From: an uncultured Deinococcales bacterium
GTDB taxonomy: Bacteria; Deinococcota; Deinococci; Deinococcales; JAAFIG01
Direction of reading: 5' to 3'
Assembly: GCA_964244895.1 (NCBI GenBank)
Contig: CAXTKV010000022.1
Span: forward strand, 1 to 38,185
Length of the DNA: 38,185 nucleotides
Below the pieces are notes generated by a model. That model did not search any database and was not told where the DNA came from. It saw nothing but the letters and a program-made list of their open reading frames with translations. This document shows positions 32,227 through 38,185 of this stretch, in pieces. Position numbers and translations under genes: made by a program. Position 1 is the stretch's first letter, and the number at the start of each line of letters is the position of its first letter.

Positions 32227-32255
32227 ATGGTATCACGCCCCCCAGAACGCGTCAA
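32227..32255 (-). promoter_or_regulatory. Sigma70-type promoter of tRNA-Ile
   Basis: TTGACG-17 nt-TACCAT with a TG extension. Confidence 0.8.
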
Positions 32256-32297
32256 GCGCGATCAGAAAGGACTCGTGAACACCCGTAAACGCCGGGT

Positions 32298-33071
32298 TCA
32301 GCGAGTGTTGGTCGGACTGGCCGCTGGGGTCGCGGTGGGTTGCTCGAGTGGCGTGGTGGCGCGGGCGCGGCGGCGACGGCGGCGGGTTGGGGTGGCGGTC
32401 GTGGTGGTGGTCGTGCCGTCCGGGTTGATGGTTTCGGTCACGGCGGGCGGTGGTGGTGGCGGCGCGGGCGGTGAGCGGAAGTTTTCCTGGTAGATGTTGC
32501 CGACGCTGTCCTTGACGACCACGGTCACGGTGCGGGTGCGCGGCACGACCCGGTAGAACGGCACGGTCTGCGCGGGCGCGATGTTGAGCTGAATGCCGTC
32601 CACGGTGATCTGCGCGACCTTGACGTTGTCTTTGGCCGTCCCGGTGATGGACACCGTGTTGATCTGGCCTTCGAGCTGAACGTTTTGCAAACTGGGTTTG
32701 GCCGTGTCCGAAAGCAGTTCCAGATCCCGTTCGGTGACCCTGCCGCTCAAATCCACGGCGCGCAGCGCATACGAGGTGCGACCGGGCTCGAGGCTGGCGG
32801 CGGTGAAGGCGAAGCGCACGAGTTTCTTGCCGCGCTGGTTCTTGAAGGCCGGATCGGAGAGCAGGTCCGTGTCGCCCACGTTGAGTTTGTTGATGCCCCG
32901 GTCGTCGTAGGCGTAACCCTTGACGACGGTTTTGGTGTTCGACAGGATCACGCCCGCCAGGGGTTGGGTGATGACGATCTGCGGGTTGAAGTTGTCCACT
33001 TCCCTCGAGCAACCCGCGAGGAAGACCAGGGGGGCGATCAAGACGAGGCTCGAGGTCAGGACGGCGCGCAC
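32298..33071 (-). CDS. Lipoprotein with probable Ig-like beta domains and a Pro/Thr/Arg-rich tail
   Basis: Signal peptide with lipobox LAGC and repeated xGxAxDDxxV patterns. GTG 33071 lies 6 nt after TATACT; in-frame ATG 33110 is an alternative start. Confidence 0.75.
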   Translation of the reverse strand: MRAVLTSSLVLIAPLVFLAGCSREVDNFNPQIVITQPLAGVILSNTKTVVKGYAYDDRGINKLNVGDTDLLSDPAFKNQRGKKLVRFAFTAASLEPGRTSYALRAVDLSGRVTERDLELLSDTAKPSLQNVQLEGQINTVSITGTAKDNVKVAQITVDGIQLNIAPAQTVPFYRVVPRTRTVTVVVKDSVGNIYQENFRSPPAPPPPPPAVTETINPDGTTTTTTATPTRRRRRRARATTPLEQPTATPAASPTNTR

Positions 33072-33150
33072 GCGGTCAGTATATGGGCTGTCGGCTGAGG
33101 TCATTCTCATCGTCGGGCGAAGGAGGGTTCCTGATCGGGATGGATTGGGG

Positions 33151-33206
33151 GAAGTCCGTCCTGGACGGACTTCTCGAGACTGCGTATTTTGCGTCCAGGA
33201 CGGTAT
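33151..33206. repeat. Palindromic repeat doublet
   Basis: GAAGTCCGTC-ctg-GACGGACTTC (perfect 10-bp stem) and ttgcgtccaggacggtat. Confidence 0.85.
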
Positions 33207-33216
33207 CCGTGAGCGA

Positions 33217-33726
33217 TCAACCCGGGTGAGAAGGAATCAAGTATTCGACGATCACCGCATCGCGCCAGACGCCATCGAGTTGCGCGTGCTTCTGGTAGAT
33301 GCCGACCTCGCGGAAGCCGAGGCTGGCGCACAGGGCGCGCGAGGCGGTATTTTCGGGAAAAATCCGGCTCAGGATCTTCCAGAACCCGGCTCGTTCGCAG
33401 ACCATCAAGAATTCCGCCACGAGCGCCCGTCCGACGCCGCGCCCGTGGGCTTCTGATGCGACGTAGACGCTAAACTCCGCGATGCCCGCATAGCATTCTC
33501 GGGCGCGGTAGCCCGAGGCGTGAACCCAACCCACGACCTGCGCGTCCCGTTCCGCGACCAAGAGCGGGAAACGGGCGGTGTCCTCGAACCACGCTTGTAT
33601 GTCGGCGGCGCTGCGTTCGCGCGTCTCGAAGGTGCTCTGGCGACCCCGGATGCCCTGGTTGTAAATCGCGGCGATGGCGGGTGCGTCCTCGGGCCGCGCG
33701 GGACGAATCAGAATGGTACGGTTCAT
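33217..33726 (-). CDS. arsN1: GNAT N-acetyltransferase, ArsN1 / phosphinothricin acetyltransferase-like
   Basis: IRPARPEDAPAIAAIYNQGI..TFET, EFSVYV..HGRGVG, IFPENTASRAL and GFREVG..KH..LDGVWRD; ars cluster context. Confidence 0.8.
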   Translation of the reverse strand: MNRTILIRPARPEDAPAIAAIYNQGIRGRQSTFETRERSAADIQAWFEDTARFPLLVAERDAQVVGWVHASGYRARECYAGIAEFSVYVASEAHGRGVGRALVAEFLMVCERAGFWKILSRIFPENTASRALCASLGFREVGIYQKHAQLDGVWRDAVIVEYLIPSHPG

Positions 33727-34973
33727 GGCTCAGTATGCGCGATGGCGAGGGCCGAGACGGGGTGTCGTCCGGCCTGCCAGATCGAGAGAGCGGAAATCCC
33801 GGAGGCCGCGGCCAGCACCCAGAGGGCCGGATCGTAGCGACCCGCCGCATCGTGTAGCACGCCGACACCCAAGGGCGCGAGCATCGCCGTGATCGAGGTG
33901 AAGGTCGTCAGGTTGCCGCTGATGCTGCCGTAGTGGGCTGAACCGTAGATCTCCGCGACCAGTGAAGCCTTAGCGAGCGACATTGAACCGTTCGCTAGCC
34001 CGAACGAGGCGGCGAAAACCCACGGTGCGAGCGGCCCGGAGATCACCAGCAGCGCGAGCATGCCCAGGCCGTGCAGTCCGCAAAAGACCGCGCTCAGACC
34101 GAACAAGGACAGCCGCTCGCTGAGGGGCGTGTAGACGATCCGGCCCGCCAGTTGCCACAGACCGATCGATCCGGCCACGGCGGCCACCAGGGCCGGACTG
34201 TAGCCCCGCTCCGACAGGAGCGCCACCAGGTGCGCGGCGGCGGCCACGACCGTCAGGCTCGAGAGGCTGAACGCGAGCGCCAGCCACCAGAAGGTCGGGG
34301 TACGCAGGGCATCGCGGTGCGTGATGCTCGAGGGGAAGGCCGCTTCAGCGTGCGCCTCGAGCGCATCGCCATCGGGCGCGAGGCCCATGTCCTGCGGACG
34401 GCGACGAATCACGAAAGCGTGGGCAGGAACGGTGGCCAGGGCCAGAATCACCGCCAGAATCGGCAGGGCCTGGCGCCAACCGAATTGGGCGATCAGCCAG
34501 GTGCAGAGCGGAATGAAGATCGTACTGGCGAGGCCCGCCGCCAGCGTCACGATCAGCATCGCGCGCGATCGGTGCCGTCGGAACCAGACGGCCAGCACGG
34601 TGAAGGCGACCGGATACTGCACCAGGCTCGAGGCGAGGCCAATACCGACCCAAAGCAGGTAGAAAACCCACAGATCGCGCACGAAACCCCAAGCCAACAC
34701 GAGCCCTGCACCCAGAATTGAGCCGAAGGTCATCAGGCCTCGCGCTCCGTGGCGATCCAGCCAGCGTCCGACCGACACGGCCACCACGCCCTGAACGAGC
34801 TGAGCCAACGAGAACGCCAACGAGGTCTGGGTGCGGTTCCAGCCGAGTTCGGCCTCCATCGGTTTGACGAACGCGCCGAACGCGTAATACAGCACGCCGT
34901 AGCCGACGGTCTGCGTCAGCGCCAACGCCCACGCGATCCGCCAACCGTAAAAGCCCGTTTTCGGGGCGCTCAC
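33723..34973 (-). CDS. MFS transporter, ArsK-like candidate
   Basis: 12-TM pattern, ALTQTVGYGVLYYAF, MFS motif A GRWLDRHGAR. GTG 34973 follows GGAG; ATG 35006 is an alternative start. Confidence 0.85.
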   Translation of the reverse strand: MSAPKTGFYGWRIAWALALTQTVGYGVLYYAFGAFVKPMEAELGWNRTQTSLAFSLAQLVQGVVAVSVGRWLDRHGARGLMTFGSILGAGLVLAWGFVRDLWVFYLLWVGIGLASSLVQYPVAFTVLAVWFRRHRSRAMLIVTLAAGLASTIFIPLCTWLIAQFGWRQALPILAVILALATVPAHAFVIRRRPQDMGLAPDGDALEAHAEAAFPSSITHRDALRTPTFWWLALAFSLSSLTVVAAAAHLVALLSERGYSPALVAAVAGSIGLWQLAGRIVYTPLSERLSLFGLSAVFCGLHGLGMLALLVISGPLAPWVFAASFGLANGSMSLAKASLVAEIYGSAHYGSISGNLTTFTSITAMLAPLGVGVLHDAAGRYDPALWVLAAASGISALSIWQAGRHPVSALAIAHTEP

Positions 34974-35095
34974 GCGCGCTCCGAACCGCGATCTCGAGGC
35001 CACCATTGATGGGAATACCGTCCTGGACAGTGTTTTTTGAAATCAAAAGAAATGCGTCCAGGACAGTATTCTCGGGTACGACAGCTTTTCGTCAC
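34970..35095 (-). CDS. Putative 41-aa bridging ORF (MTKSCRTREYCPGRISFDFKKHCPGRYSHQWWPRDRGSERA)
   Basis: GTG overlaps the arsN2 stop (GTGA) and TGA overlaps the MFS GTG (GTGA). Read manually. Confidence 0.35.
   Translation of the reverse strand: MTKSCRTREYCPGRISFDFKKHCPGRYSHQWWPRDRGSERA
35014..35070. repeat. Palindromic repeat doublet
   Basis: Outer arms AATACCGTCCTGGAC ... GTCCAGGACAGTATT (14/15 complementary). Confidence 0.88.
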
Positions 35096-35517
35096 CGGAG
35101 CGCCTTCGACATGGCGACAGCGGAATCCGGGCACGCACCCCGAAATTCCGGGCTGGCCTGAAGGCTTCGGGGCAACTCGGCGCGTTCCACGCGCTCGAAA
35201 CCGAACCGAAGAAAGTACGATTCCGCCGTCTCGGTCAGCAAGCTCAGGCTCGAGAGACGCCGGGTTCGCGCCATCTCCAGAATCGCGTCCGTCAGCCTCG
35301 AGCCGAGCCCGGCGGATCGGTGGTCGGGCGCGACGGCGACGGAGCGCAGCAATCCGGCCCGATCGTGAACTTCCAGGCCGGCGCAGCCGACGAGGCTGTC
35401 GCGGTCGAACTCGAGGGTGAAATGCGCGAGGTGATCCTGAACGCCGTCCGTCGGTAGGCCGCTGGCCTCGAGCAGCGCCAGCACGGCGTTCAGGTCTTCG
35501 GGGGTCGCGTCGCGCAT
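35092..35517 (-). CDS. arsN2: Arsenic-resistance N-acetyltransferase ArsN2 family
   Basis: LLEASGLPTDG, VGCAGLE..GLLRSVAV, LLTETAESYF..FGF and EFRGACPDSA. ATG lies 1 nt after the DUF6428 stop. Confidence 0.85.
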   Translation of the reverse strand: MRDATPEDLNAVLALLEASGLPTDGVQDHLAHFTLEFDRDSLVGCAGLEVHDRAGLLRSVAVAPDHRSAGLGSRLTDAILEMARTRRLSSLSLLTETAESYFLRFGFERVERAELPRSLQASPEFRGACPDSAVAMSKALR

Positions 35518-35518
35518 C

Positions 35519-36082
35519 TCAGCAGCACGTTGAGGCGGCACTCGGGGAATCAGCGCTCGAGGTCGCGCTGGATGACCCACAACAGGCTGGAGTGTTCGCC
35601 TCGAGCACCGTCAATTCCGCGAGTGCCGCGCGGCGGTCGTTGGCTTTGCAGGTCACGCGTGCGGATTCGAGCTGAACAATCAACGCGTCCGACTCGAAGT
35701 CAAAACCGCGCACGTTGTATTGGATCGCGGGTTCACCGTCATCGCCGTACTCGAAGCGGATTTCGGCCCCGGCGCGCACGGGAAGGCTGCCGGAAACGCG
35801 GTTGTAGATGGACATGAACTTTTCGACCTTCATATGACCTCTGTGCGCCTCACTGGGGCTGGGCATGAGTTGCACGATGGTCTCGTGCCAGAGGTTGCCC
35901 TGCCCGCCGCAGTCCATCGTTTCAAAGCTGGCGGCCTTCAGTTCCGTGACGTGATATCCGGGCTGGATGCGCCGCCCATCGAGGTCGAACACGAGCGCCT
36001 TCTTAGCGTGATCGGTCAGGCCCGAGAGAAAATCGCGCGTCGTGATGTTCGATGTTTTCGGGGTTTCCAGCGTGGCAGTCAT
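35519..36082 (-). CDS. DUF6428-like protein with C-terminal Cys pairs
   Basis: PGYHVTELK..DCGG..WHETIVQL, IRFEYG, TCKA and a tail ACC...TCC; AAGGAG Shine-Dalgarno before ATG 36082. Confidence 0.75.
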   Translation of the reverse strand: MTATLETPKTSNITTRDFLSGLTDHAKKALVFDLDGRRIQPGYHVTELKAASFETMDCGGQGNLWHETIVQLMPSPSEAHRGHMKVEKFMSIYNRVSGSLPVRAGAEIRFEYGDDGEPAIQYNVRGFDFESDALIVQLESARVTCKANDRRAALAELTVLEANTPACCGSSSATSSADSPSAASTCC

Positions 36083-36114
36083 GGCGTTCTCCTTGTTGGG
36101 CGCGAGGATGAAAG

Positions 36115-36130
36115 ATCGAGGATCATCGAT
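36115..36130. promoter_or_regulatory. Putative ArsR operator
   Basis: ATCGA-N6-TCGAT, matching the box at 36530-36549. Confidence 0.5.
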
Positions 36131-36147
36131 GTGTTTCCCCAAAAAAT

Positions 36148-36510
36148 TCAGCGACAACCGAGACCCGAGATGAACGCCCGCGTCACCTGAAGGCCGCGCG
36201 TATCGAGGTCGTAGTACATCCACTTGCCGCGCTTTTCGGCGCGCACCAGTCCGGCTGAAACCAGGCATTTCATGTGGTGACTGACCGTGGGTTGTGAAAG
36301 ACCCGTGATCTCCTCGAGATCGCAGGCGCAGACGCCATCGCCGCAGCAGCCCATCTGACCGCTCGCCAGGTGCGAGAGAATGCTCAGGCGCGCGGGGTCG
36401 GAGAGCGCCTTGAAAACCCAGGCCGCGCCTTCCAGCCCGAGCGCCAGGTGCTCATCGGAATCGTGCTCCATGCTCGGCTCGAGCCGGACGAGTTGAGGGG
36501 TGGCGGGCAT
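36148..36510 (-). CDS. arsR: ArsR/SmtB family repressor
   Basis: FKALSDPARLSIL, CCGDGVCACDL, LSQPTVSHHMK and RGKWMYY. Confidence 0.88.
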   Translation of the reverse strand: MPATPQLVRLEPSMEHDSDEHLALGLEGAAWVFKALSDPARLSILSHLASGQMGCCGDGVCACDLEEITGLSQPTVSHHMKCLVSAGLVRAEKRGKWMYYDLDTRGLQVTRAFISGLGCR

Positions 36511-36516
36511 GGGTGC

Positions 36517-36549
36517 AGGTTACACGAACATATCGAAGCTTGTCAATAT
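36517..36549 (-). promoter_or_regulatory. Leaderless promoter with overlapping ArsR-type inverted repeat
   Basis: TTGACA-18 nt-TAACCT-6 nt-ATG. ATATCGA-N6-TCAATAT (36530-36549) overlaps the -35. Confidence 0.75.
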
Positions 36550-36606
36550 GAAGTTTATCCTGGTGACAACATCGTCTGAAGCGCGTCAATAAAAATCCCC
36601 GAACCA

Positions 36607-37272
36607 TCAAGCTTCGCTCGTCTCGAGCCTGCCCAAGGTTTTAGGCTCGAACAGCCCGTTGACACCGACCGCGATCAACGCACCCACCACGGGCGCGAGC
36701 CAGTAAATCCAGTGCGCCGTCCACACGCCGCTCGCCAGCGCGGGGCCGAAACTGCGCGCGGGATTCATGCTCGCGCCCGTGATCGGGCCGCCCATCATCG
36801 CCTCGAGTCCCACGACAGCGCCGACGAGCGCACCCGCACCCGACCCACTCGAGCGGAGTGCGACCAAGATCAACCAGAACGTCAGCACGACCTCGAGCCC
36901 GAACGCTTGCTCGAGACTGCCGCGCGGCACGGTCGCGCCGATGTCGCCCTCGAGCCCGAAGATCGCGCGCAGCGCGAAGCCCGCCGCGACCGCACCCGCA
37001 AGCTGCACGATCACGTAAGGAACCGCATCCCGAGCTGGAAACCTGCGCGTCAGCACCAGTGCGAGCGTCGCCACGGGGTTGATGTGCGCACCAGAGATCG
37101 GCCCCAGCGCCGTCACAATCGCCGCGACCACGAGCCCAAAGGTGACAGCCACCCCCCAGTGCCCCAACGCGTTCGTCTGGGCCTGCACGACCGCCGCGCC
37201 GGGGCCGAAAAACACGAGCGCAAACGTTCCGACGAACTCGGCGGTCAGCGCCGGAAACGATCGAGGGTTCAC
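36607..37272 (-). CDS. MIP/aquaporin family channel (ars-associated)
   Basis: AEFVGTFALVF, ISGAHINPV and GASMNPARSFGPAL..HWIYW. Confidence 0.93.
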   Translation of the reverse strand: MNPRSFPALTAEFVGTFALVFFGPGAAVVQAQTNALGHWGVAVTFGLVVAAIVTALGPISGAHINPVATLALVLTRRFPARDAVPYVIVQLAGAVAAGFALRAIFGLEGDIGATVPRGSLEQAFGLEVVLTFWLILVALRSSGSGAGALVGAVVGLEAMMGGPITGASMNPARSFGPALASGVWTAHWIYWLAPVVGALIAVGVNGLFEPKTLGRLETSEA

Positions 37273-37709
37273 GCCCCGTTCCAGTTGGGCATTCGGGCGT
37301 CCCGCATGGCCAGAATCAGTTCCTCGATCACGGGTTTCTCGAGGTCGCGGACGCGGCGAAACGAGTCGAACTCGTCGGGTTGACCCGCCGGGTCGGGAAA
37401 ACTGTAATGCAGACGGGTCGTTTGCGCCGGGTAGACGGGGCAGTTCTCGGCGGCGCTGTCGCAGACGGTCAGCACGACATCAAAATTCCACGGATCAGGT
37501 ACGTCATAGAGCGTCTTGCTGGTGTGAGCCGCCAGGTCGATGCCGACCTCGCGCATCGCCTCAATTGCGCGCGGATTGACTCGCGTAGCCTTCGTTCCCG
37601 CACTCTGAACCTCGAGATCGAGACCGTGCAGCAGCGCAAAATGGCGCGCCCAACCTTCCCCCATCTGGGATCGCGCGCTGTTGGCAGTGCAGAGGATCAA
37701 CAGGCGCAT
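37269..37709 (-). CDS. arsC: Arsenate reductase, LMW-PTP (thioredoxin-coupled) family
   Basis: CTANSARSQMGEG P-loop, SAGT, VLTVCDSAAENCP and FPDP..FRRVRD. Confidence 0.92.
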   Translation of the reverse strand: MRLLILCTANSARSQMGEGWARHFALLHGLDLEVQSAGTKATRVNPRAIEAMREVGIDLAAHTSKTLYDVPDPWNFDVVLTVCDSAAENCPVYPAQTTRLHYSFPDPAGQPDEFDSFRRVRDLEKPVIEELILAMRDARMPNWNGA

Positions 37710-38053
37710 GCGGGATCTTTCATCAAATTGTTTTGTTGCGAATATGCTCCCTCAAGCGTTCGACAGTCCGGGATGTGCGAAAGGTCGGGCGCGTTTGCGA
37801 GCGCCTCGAGTACCGCACCGCCGAGGTGAAACAAGGTCGTGCGCTCGAGCGAGTAGACGCTCCAACGCCCATCCTGTGCGACCTTGACGAGTTGCGCGTC
37901 GCGCAGGACGGAAAGGTGATACGAGATCTTCGATTGCGCCAAACCGAGCGCCACCTCGAGCTCGCAGACGCACAGGTTGCGAGCGTGCAGCATCCGCAGA
38001 ATCTCGAACCGCGTGTCGTTGGAGAGAGCCTTCAGCACCTCGAGCGCATTCAC
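37697..38053 (-). CDS. arsR: ArsR/SmtB family repressor
   Basis: LKALSNDTRFEIL, LCVCEL, QSKISYHL and GRWSVY; TATATT lies 6 nt before the GTG. Confidence 0.9.
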   Translation of the reverse strand: MNALEVLKALSNDTRFEILRMLHARNLCVCELEVALGLAQSKISYHLSVLRDAQLVKVAQDGRWSVYSLERTTLFHLGGAVLEALANAPDLSHIPDCRTLEGAYSQQNNLMKDPACAC

Positions 38054-38115
38054 GCGATGAATATATCAAACTGAATCGGTTCGTTTGGTCATGGGTACGT
38101 CAAACTGAAAGAGGC

Positions 38116-38170
38116 ATGCCGTCCCAGACGATGTTTTTGAAACTCGACCGAGAGCGTCCTGGACGGTGTT
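38116..38170. repeat. Palindromic repeat doublet
   Basis: atgccgtcccagacgatgtt ... agcgtcctggacggtgtt, followed by ctcgag. Confidence 0.8.
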
Positions 38171-38185
38171 TCTCGAGAATCCCGC

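Noticed and set aside
31304..38185. Arsenic cluster as a tRNA-integrated genomic island
   Set aside because: It lies on the 5' side of the tRNA, has no integrase or att repeat, and carries the same CTCGAG and repeat signature as the core genes.

Overview
This is a GC-rich bacterial chromosomal window, most consistent with Deinococcota (inferred from dcw gene order, a giant TamB and leaderless TANNNT promoters). On the minus strand it carries the dcw operon (mraZ-rsmH-ftsL-ftsI-murF-lipoprotein-mraY-murD-ftsW-murG-murC, murC truncated by the window edge), RNase P RNA and a ~3540-aa TamB. These are followed by acylphosphatase, a RecQ-family helicase, mqnC, a fused Ada/Ogt, an EamA transporter, a GAF-HD-GYP protein, a PAS/HATPase kinase remnant, tRNA-Ile(GAU), a lipoprotein and an 8-gene arsenic cluster (arsR-arsC-aquaporin, then arsR-DUF6428-arsN2-MFS-arsN1). 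The most unusual signal lies outside the gene list and has three parts. (1) A REP-like palindrome family (core ACCGTC-N3-GACGGT, usually in inverted doublets) occupies most intergenic gaps and is also read in frame inside ftsI, the dcw lipoprotein and tamB. (2) In five repeat-filled gaps between co-directional genes, one small ORF starts overlapping the upstream stop codon and stops overlapping a downstream start codon, suggesting 'relay' ORFs that preserve translational coupling across repeat insertions. (3) The hexamer CTCGAG is heavily over-represented. All calls are by eye; no database searches were run.
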